Of a stretch of 64,000 bases of DNA, positions 26,570 to 35,941 are shown piece after piece (position 1 is the stretch's first letter; the number at the start of each line of letters is the position of its first letter). Origin of the DNA: Candidatus Krumholzibacteriota bacterium. GTDB lineage: Bacteria > Krumholzibacteriota > Krumholzibacteriia > JAJRXK01. The position numbers were made by a program, and so were the translations under genes. The DNA lies in NCBI GenBank assembly GCA_963764625.1, contig CAVXTH010000006.1, positions 64,001-128,000 of the forward strand. Direction: 5' to 3'. A model generated the notes under the pieces. That model did not search any database. It was not told where the DNA came from and was given only the letters and a program-made list of their open reading frames with translations.

Positions 26570-29365
26570 ATGGCGAGCGCCGAAGCTATCACGATCCACG
26601 GAGCCCGCCAACACAACCTGCGGAATCTGGATCTTTCCATTCCCAAGGCTCGTTTCACCACCATCAGCGGAGTCTCCGGAAGCGGCAAGTCCTCGCTGGC
26701 CTTTGACACCCTGTATGCCGAGGGGCAGCGTTGCTACGTGGAGAGTCTCTCCACCTATGCGCGGCAGTTTCTCGAGCGCCTGGAGAAGCCGGACGTCGAT
26801 TTCATCGACGGGATCCAGCCCGCGATCGCGATCCGCCAACGCAACACCATCCGTTCCAGCCGGTCCACGGTGGGGACCTCGACCGAGATTCACGACTACT
26901 TGAGGCTCCTCTACGCGCGAGTGGGGCAGACCTTCTGCCTCGACTGTGGGGTAAAGGTCAGCCCGGATTCTCCCGACGGGGCGGTCGCCAAGGCGAAGGA
27001 AACCTTCTCTGAGGGCGCGCGGCTCTACGTCGCTTTTCCGGCCGCCGCGACCCCCACTCTCTCCTTTTCGGAACTGGCCAGTCGCCTGGTGGCCCAAGGC
27101 TATCTGCGCGCGCTGCGCGGGACCGAGGTGTGCTCTCTGGAGGAGAGTTGGGCGAAGGAGCCCAAGGTGGGCGAAGAGATCTCCGTGCTCGCCGATCGCA
27201 TCGTCCTCCAGCCGAAGTACGAGCTGCGTCTGGCCGAATCGATCGAGGCCGCGCTCGGCGCCGGTGAGGGAAGGGCGAGTATCGTGGAGGAAGGTGGCCG
27301 AAAGACTCTGCCGCTGAGCAACGTGTTCGCGTGCTCGAATTGCGGCCGTGCGTACGAACTCCCCCACGCCCAGCTCTTTTCCTTCAATTCACCCCAGGGC
27401 GCCTGTTCTGCCTGCAACGGTTTCGGCGAGAGACTCGAATTCGACGAACGTCGGATCATCCCCGATCTGGGACGAAGTCTCGGCGCCGGTGCGGTGAAGC
27501 TCTGGACGAGTGACAGCTTTTCCCACGAGATGACCACGCTGCTCAAGGCCTGTCGCCGGCGCAAGATCCCCATCGACGTTCCGTTCGGGAAATTGAACGC
27601 GAAGCACAAGAACTTCGTGCTCGAGGCGCGCGAAAAGGACTACCTCGGAGTCATCCCCTGGCTCGACGAGATGCGCGAAGCGCGTGTGAAGGAAGGCCAC
27701 CGCTTCTACACGCGCCGCTACATGGGGCGCAGTCGTTGCAGAGCCTGTCAGGGCACACGCCTCAAGCCCGAGGCGAGGGCAGTGCAGGTGGGCGGAGCCG
27801 AAATCGGAGAGCTGAGCTCCATGAGCATTCCCGAGGCGAGAGCGTTCTTGCAGAAGCTCGAGCTGAGCGAGCCCCAGCGGAAGATCGTGGGAGACGTGAT
27901 CACCGAACTTCTCGAGCGTCTTGCCTTTCTCGAAGCGATCGGATTGGGATATCTCGATCTCGCGCGCGCCAGCCGCACTCTGAGCGGCGGAGAAATGCAA
28001 CGCATTCACCTGAGCAACGCGCTCTCGAGCCGACTGGTGGAAACGCTCTACGTGCTCGATGAACCCAGCATCGGCCTGCATCCCGCCGATACGCACCGCC
28101 TGATCGAGCGTCTGAAGGAGCTGGCTCAGCTGGGGAACACGGTGGTCGTCGTCGAGCACGATCTCGAGATCCTCAGAGCCAGCGATCGACTCATCGACTT
28201 GGGCCCCGGCGCCGGGACGCGCGGGGGCAAGGTGCTCTACGAGGGGGAGCCGCCGCGGGGAAACGAGCCGTGTGGAGAGGCGAAGAACAGCCTTACGTGC
28301 GCGTACCTCTCGGGCGAGCGCGAGGTTCCGGTGCGCAAGAACCGCCGCAGCGCGGGCCGCAAGAGGGTCACTCTGGTCAACGCACGCCTGCACAACCTGA
28401 AGGGGATCGACTTCACTCTGCCCCTGGGTCTCTTCGTGTGCGTGACAGGGGTGAGCGGTTCGGGCAAAAGCACGCTGGTGAACGAGTTGCTCTATCCGGC
28501 TCTCACCGGACAGATTTCGGGGGGGAGCGGCCGACTCCACGGCTTCGATGCCCTGCACGGGGCGGAGAACGTCGATCAGGTGGTCATGGTGGATCAGAGC
28601 CCGGTAGGACGGAGCGCGCGGAGCAATCCGGGCACCTACCTCCACATCCTCGGGGACATCCGCGAGCTCTTGGCGTCCACCACCGAGGCGCGCAAGCGCG
28701 GCTGGACCGCCGGGCGCTTCTCGTTCAACGTGGCGGGGGGGCGTTGTCCGGTCTGTCAGGGGATGGGCGAAGTGAGAGTGGAAATGCAGTTCATGGCCGA
28801 CGTCACCGTTCCCTGCGAGGAGTGCGGCGGCCGGCGCTTCGAGCCTTCGACTCTGCTCGTGAAATACCGCGGGCGAAACATCTCGGAAATCCTGGATCTC
28901 ACGGTGGACGAGGCCATCACCTTCTTTGCCGACTCCCCCGCCATCGGAGCCAAGCTTTGGCTTCTCCAGCGGGTGGGACTGGGGTACCTGAAGTTGGGAC
29001 AAGCGGCCGGCACCCTCAGCGGGGGCGAGAGCCAACGGCTCAAGATCTCGCGGGAACTCTCCCACGGCGGCAAGGAGCACGCGCTGTATCTTCTCGACGA
29101 ACCGACCTGCGGACTCCATCCTGAGGACATCCGGCGCCTGGTGACGGTCCTGGATGAGCTGGTGGAAGCGGGGAACACCGTGCTCGTGATCGAGCACAAT
29201 CTGGACGTGATCAAGAACGCCGATCACGTGGTCGATCTGGGGGTCGGAGGTGGACCCGAGGGGGGAAGGATCGTCGTCGCGGGTCCCCCGGAGAGTCTTC
29301 TGGAGAACGGCGAGTCCGTCACGGGGCAATATCTCCGCAGCGTGCTGTCTCTGCAGGGGAGTTAG
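26570..29365 (+). CDS. uvrA: excinuclease ABC subunit A
   Basis: GARQHNL, two GVSGSGKS Walker A motifs, LSGGE, zinc fingers. Confidence 0.97.
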   Translation: MASAEAITIHGARQHNLRNLDLSIPKARFTTISGVSGSGKSSLAFDTLYAEGQRCYVESLSTYARQFLERLEKPDVDFIDGIQPAIAIRQRNTIRSSRSTVGTSTEIHDYLRLLYARVGQTFCLDCGVKVSPDSPDGAVAKAKETFSEGARLYVAFPAAATPTLSFSELASRLVAQGYLRALRGTEVCSLEESWAKEPKVGEEISVLADRIVLQPKYELRLAESIEAALGAGEGRASIVEEGGRKTLPLSNVFACSNCGRAYELPHAQLFSFNSPQGACSACNGFGERLEFDERRIIPDLGRSLGAGAVKLWTSDSFSHEMTTLLKACRRRKIPIDVPFGKLNAKHKNFVLEAREKDYLGVIPWLDEMREARVKEGHRFYTRRYMGRSRCRACQGTRLKPEARAVQVGGAEIGELSSMSIPEARAFLQKLELSEPQRKIVGDVITELLERLAFLEAIGLGYLDLARASRTLSGGEMQRIHLSNALSSRLVETLYVLDEPSIGLHPADTHRLIERLKELAQLGNTVVVVEHDLEILRASDRLIDLGPGAGTRGGKVLYEGEPPRGNEPCGEAKNSLTCAYLSGEREVPVRKNRRSAGRKRVTLVNARLHNLKGIDFTLPLGLFVCVTGVSGSGKSTLVNELLYPALTGQISGGSGRLHGFDALHGAENVDQVVMVDQSPVGRSARSNPGTYLHILGDIRELLASTTEARKRGWTAGRFSFNVAGGRCPVCQGMGEVRVEMQFMADVTVPCEECGGRRFEPSTLLVKYRGRNISEILDLTVDEAITFFADSPAIGAKLWLLQRVGLGYLKLGQAAGTLSGGESQRLKISRELSHGGKEHALYLLDEPTCGLHPEDIRRLVTVLDELVEAGNTVLVIEHNLDVIKNADHVVDLGVGGGPEGGRIVVAGPPESLLENGESVTGQYLRSVLSLQGS

Positions 29366-29368
29366 AGG

Positions 29369-30349
29369 ATGAGAGTTCTGGTCACCGGCGGCGCCGGCTA
29401 CATCGGAAGCGTCACGGTCCATGGCCTCCTGGAGGACGGCCACGAAGTGACGGTTCTGGACGATCTGAGCACGGGGCACCGAGAGGCGGTGTGGCCGGAG
29501 GCTCGTTTCGTCGAGGGTCGCGTGCAGGACCCGGTGGCGCTGGCGGGAGCACTCGACGGCTCAGAAGCGGTGATCCACTTCGCCTCCTTGAGTCTGGTGC
29601 CTCAAAGCGTGAACAATCCGCGCCGGTATTTCCGCGAGAATCTTTCGGCCGCACTCGAGCTGCTCGAAGGGATGGCCAAAGCTGGAGTCGATCGCTTCGT
29701 GTTTTCCAGCAGCGCCGCGGTCTACGGAGAACCCGAGCGCGAACTCATCGAAGAAGAGACGCCGCTGCATCCAGTGAACCCCTATGGCATGAGCAAGCTC
29801 ATGGTCGAGACAATCCTCAAGGAAGAGGCGCGAGCCCACGGTCTGCGTGCGATGGCTCTGCGCTATTTTAATGCCTGCGGCTCCGACGGAATCCACGGCG
29901 AGCATCATGATCCCGAGACCCATCTCATCCCGCGCCTGTGCGCGGCTCTGCTCGCCCGCGGAGTGGAGTTCTCGATCCACGGCCGGGATTATCCCACCGC
30001 CGATGGAACCGCGGTGCGGGACTACGTACACGTCAGCGATCTGGCGCGGGCCCACGTCAGCGCGATCTCGGCTCTGACGGCTCCGGGATTCGAGGCGCTC
30101 AATTTGGGCAGCGGAAACGGCGCCAGCGTACTGGAAGTGGTGCAGGCCGCCCGCCAGGTCGCCGGCTCCTCGCGCGAGTTCCCCTTCGGTCCCCGCCGCG
30201 CCGGAGATCCGGCTCGACTGGTGGCCAGCCAGCGCCGCGCGGGGCAGCGCCTCGGCTGGCGGCCCGAGCATTCCTCGCTCGAGGAAATCCTCGAGAGCGC
30301 GTATCGCTGGCACCGCGAGCATCCGCGCGGCTACTCTTCCTCGGGCTGA
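29369..30349 (+). CDS. galE: UDP-glucose 4-epimerase
   Basis: GGAGYIGS, YGMSK, LRYFNA, RDYVHV. Confidence 0.95.
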   Translation: MRVLVTGGAGYIGSVTVHGLLEDGHEVTVLDDLSTGHREAVWPEARFVEGRVQDPVALAGALDGSEAVIHFASLSLVPQSVNNPRRYFRENLSAALELLEGMAKAGVDRFVFSSSAAVYGEPERELIEEETPLHPVNPYGMSKLMVETILKEEARAHGLRAMALRYFNACGSDGIHGEHHDPETHLIPRLCAALLARGVEFSIHGRDYPTADGTAVRDYVHVSDLARAHVSAISALTAPGFEALNLGSGNGASVLEVVQAARQVAGSSREFPFGPRRAGDPARLVASQRRAGQRLGWRPEHSSLEEILESAYRWHREHPRGYSSSG

Positions 30350-30522
30350 GTCGGCGTCGCCAAGGGCGGCTGATCCCGTCCCGCTGGCGGTGAAAAGCTG
30401 GGCAGCCTGCCTGCCTGGCCGGGCTTTCGTTTTTCCACCCAAATCGCGGATTCAGGCGCGAAAAGGCCCCCCAGAGGCCCTTTCTGTCGCTTGTACGCCC
30501 CGCGCTCCCTCCGCGCTCACTC

Positions 30523-30538
30523 TGGCATCCCGGTTGCC
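30523..30538 (+). promoter_or_regulatory. sigma54-type promoter
   Basis: TGGCATCCCGGTTGCC, close to the TGGCAC-N5-TTGC consensus. Confidence 0.65.
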
Positions 30539-30571
30539 CTCCCCAAGGGCACCTGGAGGGGAGAACGCGCC

Positions 30572-32338
30572 ATGAAATCCGAACTGCCCTGGTCCGTCGA
30601 GCCGGTGGGTCCCACGCTCGAGGCGGCTGAGCTGCTGAAGCGCATCCCGCGCCTCCTGCGCTTCCGTCTGGCCGGTCGCGCCGACCGGCTGTTGCTGCGC
30701 CTGGCCCGCAGAATCGGCTTCGTGGGTGGCGTGAGTCTCAATCTCGATCTCCATTCGCACCCCGATGCCTTCCCGATTCTGGCCCACCATGGGATCCCTC
30801 ACGAACGCTGGGCGCGTCAGCTGCACGTGGAGCGCATCGGTTTGCTCTCGGTGGCGCGTATTCCGGTCGCCCGTCGCCTCTCGGGAAGCTTCGAACCGGT
30901 CGCCGCACGTTTGCTTCAGGGACTCAATTTACAGCGCCTCACCGTGATCCCCCTCGGCTGCCGAGGGCAGGGATGGCGGATTCTGCTGCTTGCCGACGGC
31001 CCGCGTCTCAGCTCGGAGATCCTGGCCGGAATGCGGGACCTCGCGCGCACGGTGCTCGACGCTGCCCGACGACAGGAACTGAGCGCACGAACCGATACGG
31101 AGATCGGACGCCCTTCGTACGCGACCGGTCACTCCAAAGCCCGCGCCTCGCGTCGAGGGGAGCTGCGTCCGACAGGACCAAGCCAGTTGTCGCGCGCCCG
31201 CGCGTTGGTAAACCGCCACAGCGTCGCAGTGGGAAACCTCAGCCACGATTTGAAGAACCCGCTCTCCGCGATTTCGACCTCTCTTCAGGTCCTGACCAGC
31301 GGACGGGCGGGTGCGCTGGAACCGCAGCAGTTCCGACTGCTCGGGTTGGCCCAGCGCAACGCCGAACGCATGCAGCGCATGGTCGAGAACTTCGCGCTCG
31401 AATCTGAGCGGCAGGAGGGCGAGACCGTTTTCAATTCGTGCGAACTGAACGCGCAGGAGCTGGTAAATCGGGCGATGACAGCGTCGGCGGCCGTGGCCTT
31501 GGTGCAAGATCGCAACCTAGCCTGGGTCGCCGACCACGGGAGCCGCGTCTTCGGGGATGCCGATCGCATCCACCGCATACTGGACAACCTGGTGGGGAAT
31601 GCCCTGAAGTTCTCCGGATACGAGGGACACGTGCTGGTCAGCGCGCGCAAGCAGGTGAAGCGTGAAGGGGACGAAATCGCTCGCTCTGCCGCGCAGCTTG
31701 GCCTCGAGCTGAAGGGACTCTCGATCACGGTTGAGGACGATGGGCCTGGAATGTCCGAGGAAGTTCGCTCCCGCGCCTTCGAACGCTTCTGGCAGGATCA
31801 AGAAGAGCGGGGCCGAGGCCGCGGCTCCGGCCTGGGCCTGGCCATCGTTCAGTCTCTAGTTCTCGCTCTGCACGGGACCGTGAGTCTCACGAGCGAAGTG
31901 GGGAAGGGGACCCGCGCGCGCATCTGGCTGCCCTCCGATCAGACCTGCAGCCGCACCTGTGCCGGACTGCAGTCCCTCTTGCGCGAACTCGACCGCCTGC
32001 GTGGCAGGCGTCAATCCGCGAGTCTGCTTCTTCTGGAACTGACTCAGTCCAGCGACGAGTTCATGGCAGGATTTGAGCGCCTCCACCGTCAACTGGTGGA
32101 GGAAGGACGGAATCGATGGACGGTGCACCCCGTGAAATCCTCCACTCTGGTGCTCCTGCTCCCCGAGGACGAGTCCTACCCCTCTTGTCTCTCCTCGATG
32201 ACCGCCGAAGGAAAGAGTGGGATCCCATCCGCCTTGAGGCAGGGTACCGCACGTTTTTCAAGTAGTGGGGAGAGTCTGGATGCGTTGTTCGAACAAGCCC
32301 GGAACGAAGCAGCCGGGCAGCAGGAGAAAGCACGATGA
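30572..32338 (+). CDS. cytoplasmic sensor histidine kinase
   Basis: SHDLKNPL H-box, NLVGNALKF, DDGPG, GSGLGL; GGAGG RBS. Confidence 0.9.
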   Translation: MKSELPWSVEPVGPTLEAAELLKRIPRLLRFRLAGRADRLLLRLARRIGFVGGVSLNLDLHSHPDAFPILAHHGIPHERWARQLHVERIGLLSVARIPVARRLSGSFEPVAARLLQGLNLQRLTVIPLGCRGQGWRILLLADGPRLSSEILAGMRDLARTVLDAARRQELSARTDTEIGRPSYATGHSKARASRRGELRPTGPSQLSRARALVNRHSVAVGNLSHDLKNPLSAISTSLQVLTSGRAGALEPQQFRLLGLAQRNAERMQRMVENFALESERQEGETVFNSCELNAQELVNRAMTASAAVALVQDRNLAWVADHGSRVFGDADRIHRILDNLVGNALKFSGYEGHVLVSARKQVKREGDEIARSAAQLGLELKGLSITVEDDGPGMSEEVRSRAFERFWQDQEERGRGRGSGLGLAIVQSLVLALHGTVSLTSEVGKGTRARIWLPSDQTCSRTCAGLQSLLRELDRLRGRRQSASLLLLELTQSSDEFMAGFERLHRQLVEEGRNRWTVHPVKSSTLVLLLPEDESYPSCLSSMTAEGKSGIPSALRQGTARFSSSGESLDALFEQARNEAAGQQEKAR

Positions 32339-32736
32339 GCAAGCCTCGCATACTTCTGGTCGACGATGAACGTGATATCGCCGAAGCCCTGAGCTTCGCG
32401 TTGACGAGCGACGGATACGAAGTGGAAATCGCCGGTGATGGAGAAGAGGGCTACCGCTCGGCACTGCACGATCCGCCCGATCTTCTCGTGCTGGATGTCA
32501 TGCTACCCGGAATCAACGGGTACGAGATCAGCCGCCAACTGAAAGACTGGATGAAGGCCGCGCCAACCGGCCGGACCTTTCCCATTCTACTCATCACCGC
32601 GCGGCAGATCCACACTGCCCAAAGAGAAGAGTTCTTGTCGGTCTGGTCGAGGGCCGACGGTGTTCTCTACAAGCCGTTCGATCTGAGCGACCTCCTGAAG
32701 CGCGTCGAAGAGCTGCTGAGCCCGGCCGTGGCCTGA
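32335..32736 (+). CDS. single-domain response regulator
   Basis: LVDDE, LDVMLP, ITA, KPF. Confidence 0.93.
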   Translation: MSKPRILLVDDERDIAEALSFALTSDGYEVEIAGDGEEGYRSALHDPPDLLVLDVMLPGINGYEISRQLKDWMKAAPTGRTFPILLITARQIHTAQREEFLSVWSRADGVLYKPFDLSDLLKRVEELLSPAVA

Positions 32737-32842
32737 GCCATGCGCTGCCCTTGACACCCCCCACGGCTTCTACGATATTCTCCCTCCGCTTGGCCTCGAG
32801 TCCTTCAACCCGTGAAGGGGCTCGCTTGGATCCTTTGACGGT

Positions 32843-32918
<76 letters not shown>

Positions 32919-33065
32919 TCGTTCAACTCCGCAGCCAAACCGATAACTGACAGGCATACAGCACTTTAGATTCATCACCCCAGGAGGTGGCTTGCCAGAT
33001 TCCAGATTCTGCGTCAAGCTCCCCTCTTCTCATTTCCTCCGCCTCTTGCCCGGACGTGAATTTCG

Positions 33066-34064
33066 ATGCGGATGAGAAGGCTGATTCTGAAGGCCATCGA
33101 GTTCAGCGGCCTGTACCCGGTTCTCCGTCGCCGCCGTCACGGCGCCCTGGTGTTGGCCTACCACGGAGTGGAGGAAACGATTCTGGATCCGCGCATCCAG
33201 ACGGTACACATATCTTTGGTCCGATTCGAGCGACAGATGAACTTCCTGAAGCGTCACTTCGAAGTCATCAGTGTCGACGATCTGCTGAAACGCCTGGAGG
33301 CCAAGAACGGGCTCGACGGGAATCAAGCCGTAATCACCCTGGACGACGGCTACCGGAACAACGTGACGGTCGTGGCGCCGCTGCTGAACTCGATGGGGCT
33401 TCCCTTTGCGGTGTACGTGTGTCCGCATCGTGTCGAAGAAGGGCACCGTCTACCGACCTATCTCCTGCGCACCTCTCTCTATCTCACCGAGAAGCACTCT
33501 TGCCGCATTCAGAATCTCAATCAGGAACTTCCTCTGCACAGTCTCGAAGAGAAGGACTTCAGCGTGCGGTATCTCTCGTCCGCGTTGAAGACCTCACCGC
33601 AATCGGTCGTGGAGAGCATGCTGGTCGACCTTCAAACTCTCATCACGCCCGAGCAAAGACGTGAAATCGATGAGCGCTTCAGCTCGGATGCGCTCATGAA
33701 TTGGGACGAAGTGAAATCTCTACACGAAGGCGGCGCGATCATCGCCTCGCATGGACACAACCACTGCATCATGCACGACAAACAGGATCTCGGGTTGATT
33801 CATAACGAAGTGACCGCGAGCAAGAGCACCCTGGAACACAAGCTCGGGGCTTGTAAGTACTTCGCCTACCCCAACGGCGGCGCCTCGGACATCTCCGAGG
33901 TGGCGGTCGAGCAAGTCCGGGGAGCCGGGTATTCCCTGGGATTCACTTCGATCTTCGGGGAGACGCAGACGGGAAGTCCGCGGGCTCTCTTGCCTCGAAT
34001 GGATGCCGATGTTGGTTTCGACACCTTCAAGTTCTTTCTCAACAGTGCCTATCGGCCAAGGTAA
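33066..34064 (+). CDS. polysaccharide deacetylase (CE4)
   Basis: LAYHGV, ITLDDGY, SHGHNH, FAYPNG. Confidence 0.9.
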   Translation: MRMRRLILKAIEFSGLYPVLRRRRHGALVLAYHGVEETILDPRIQTVHISLVRFERQMNFLKRHFEVISVDDLLKRLEAKNGLDGNQAVITLDDGYRNNVTVVAPLLNSMGLPFAVYVCPHRVEEGHRLPTYLLRTSLYLTEKHSCRIQNLNQELPLHSLEEKDFSVRYLSSALKTSPQSVVESMLVDLQTLITPEQRREIDERFSSDALMNWDEVKSLHEGGAIIASHGHNHCIMHDKQDLGLIHNEVTASKSTLEHKLGACKYFAYPNGGASDISEVAVEQVRGAGYSLGFTSIFGETQTGSPRALLPRMDADVGFDTFKFFLNSAYRPR

Positions 34065-35241
34065 CGCGGGGGCCGTCCCCGTCATTGCCCTGGGGGGCTA
34101 CATCACGGTGCTGGGCGCGATTCGCTGCCTGGGCGCGGCTGGGGTTCAAAGCTTCTGCGCCACCGAAGTCGAATCCTACATCGAGCATTCCCGCTTCTAC
34201 CACGAACTTCCCTCGTCCGAGGGGGTCCTGTGTGATCCTGCGGATCTTCCGCGCTTCTTGGAGGCTCTCTCGATTCCCCGTGCGGTGCTCATGCCGTGCG
34301 CGGACGACTGGGTGATGGCGGTGGCGCGGCTCTCTCCCGTGCTCGCCGAACGATTCCCCGCGAGCGCTCCTTCCCTGGAAGTTCTCTCTGATCTTCTGGA
34401 CAAGTCGAGGCTCGAGACCCTGCTCGACCGCTTCGCGGTTCAGCGCCCGAGGACGCACCCCTTACCCGGGCGGCAATCGCTCGAAGAGGTGGATTGGTCC
34501 CCGGGAGTCTCCTGGTTTCTCAAGCCGGCGGACTCGCAGAGTTTCCGCCGCCGATTCGGGGTCAAGGCCTTTCGGGTCGCCTCGCTGCCGGAGGCACGGA
34601 CCCGCTGGGACGAAATCCACGACGCGGGTCTGGAAGTGGTGCTACAGGAATACGTGGCCGGGCCCGCCAGCAATCACTTTTTCGTCGATGGGTTTGTCGA
34701 TCGCGAAGGCCAGATCCAAGCCATGTTCGCGCGCCGTCGCGTGCGGATCCATCCTCCGGATTTTGGGGACAGCTCTTCGCTGGTGAGCGTGCCCCTCACC
34801 GAAGTCGCGCCGGCTGCCGAAGCTTGCCGGAGGCTTCTGAGGGGAGTGGGGTACCGGGGGATCTTCTCGGCCGAGTTCAAGCTCGACGCGAAGCAGGGCA
34901 CCTTCAAGCTCATCGAGGTCAACACGAGACCGTGGGCGAACGTCGGTTTTGCCGCCCGCTGTGGGGTCAACGCGCCTCTCATGGCCTACCGCGACGCGCT
35001 GGGAATGAGACTGCCCCGGGTGGAAAGCTACGCGGTCGGGCGCCGCTTCTGCTTCTTCCCCAGTGATTTCTCAGCCTGCCTGAAGCTCCATCACTCCGGA
35101 GAGCTCACGCTGGCTCAATGGTTCCGGACCTGGGTCGGGGCCCAGCCCTCGGTCTTCGCGTGGAACGATCCGCTTCCCGCGGTGAAGCAGGCTCTGGAAC
35201 TGGGGCTCTCGGCCCTCGCCAAGCTCTCCTCCCGAGCCTAG
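34045..35241 (+). CDS. ATP-grasp carboxylate-amine ligase (D-aspartate ligase-like); start uncertain (34003 or 34045)
   Basis: PCADD, DK, LKP, QEYVAG, EFK.D, EVNTRPW, DPLP. Confidence 0.8.
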   Translation: MPIGQGNAGAVPVIALGGYITVLGAIRCLGAAGVQSFCATEVESYIEHSRFYHELPSSEGVLCDPADLPRFLEALSIPRAVLMPCADDWVMAVARLSPVLAERFPASAPSLEVLSDLLDKSRLETLLDRFAVQRPRTHPLPGRQSLEEVDWSPGVSWFLKPADSQSFRRRFGVKAFRVASLPEARTRWDEIHDAGLEVVLQEYVAGPASNHFFVDGFVDREGQIQAMFARRRVRIHPPDFGDSSSLVSVPLTEVAPAAEACRRLLRGVGYRGIFSAEFKLDAKQGTFKLIEVNTRPWANVGFAARCGVNAPLMAYRDALGMRLPRVESYAVGRRFCFFPSDFSACLKLHHSGELTLAQWFRTWVGAQPSVFAWNDPLPAVKQALELGLSALAKLSSRA

Positions 35242-35445
35242 CCCCTTCCAAGTCTCTTTCTCTGCAGTTTCCTTGCAGATCCCACCATATGGGCCCGATT
35301 GGCTCGCAGCATGCACGTGGAGATCTCAACGACGCATGAGTCCACGGGGCACGATGCGAAATCATGAGAACGGTTGGGAACGCAGGAACTCCATTCAAGG
35401 GGTCTGATTCCTCGTGCTTCCCGCTTTCGGGGAGCTCGGCGGGGT

Positions 35446-35461
35446 AGGCACGGCTTGTGCA
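35446..35461 (+). promoter_or_regulatory. sigma54-type promoter of pilin operon 2
   Basis: AGGCACGGCTTGTGCA = GGCACG-N6-GCA. Confidence 0.65.
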
Positions 35462-35521
35462 GACCCCGTTGTGTTCTCTCTACTTAGGGCCCTAATCAGC
35501 GGGAAACGAAGAGGTTGAACC

Positions 35522-35941
35522 GTGGAATATCGGACTGATCCAGCAAGAATCGCCCACCGGAATCGTTGGGGCAATCAGCGTGGTTTCACGGTGGTGGAGT
35601 TGATGGCGGCCTTGCTGCTCTTCAGCATCGGACTGGTGGCACTGGCTCGCGTATTGCCGCAGGGAATGGAAGTTCGCGACCGTGGCCGGCGCATGACGGT
35701 AGCCACACAGTTCGCGCGCGGAGAAATTGAAATTCTCCGCAGCCTTCCCTTTTCGGACCCCGATCTTACCGACGGTCTACACGTGGATGACGAGGTCCTG
35801 GTGAACGGAAGATACCGGCGCAGATGGACGGTTCAGAATGACACGCCCATTCCGAACATGATGCGCATCGAAGTCAGAGTCGCGTTTAGCACATCCGAGG
35901 CAGACAGCGAAGCAGTGATCGTCACACAGCGAACCCGATAG
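35522..35941 (+). CDS. PilV-like minor pilin
   Basis: RG|FTVVELM; EIEILR; RRWTV...IEVRV. Confidence 0.85.
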   Translation: MEYRTDPARIAHRNRWGNQRGFTVVELMAALLLFSIGLVALARVLPQGMEVRDRGRRMTVATQFARGEIEILRSLPFSDPDLTDGLHVDDEVLVNGRYRRRWTVQNDTPIPNMMRIEVRVAFSTSEADSEAVIVTQRTR

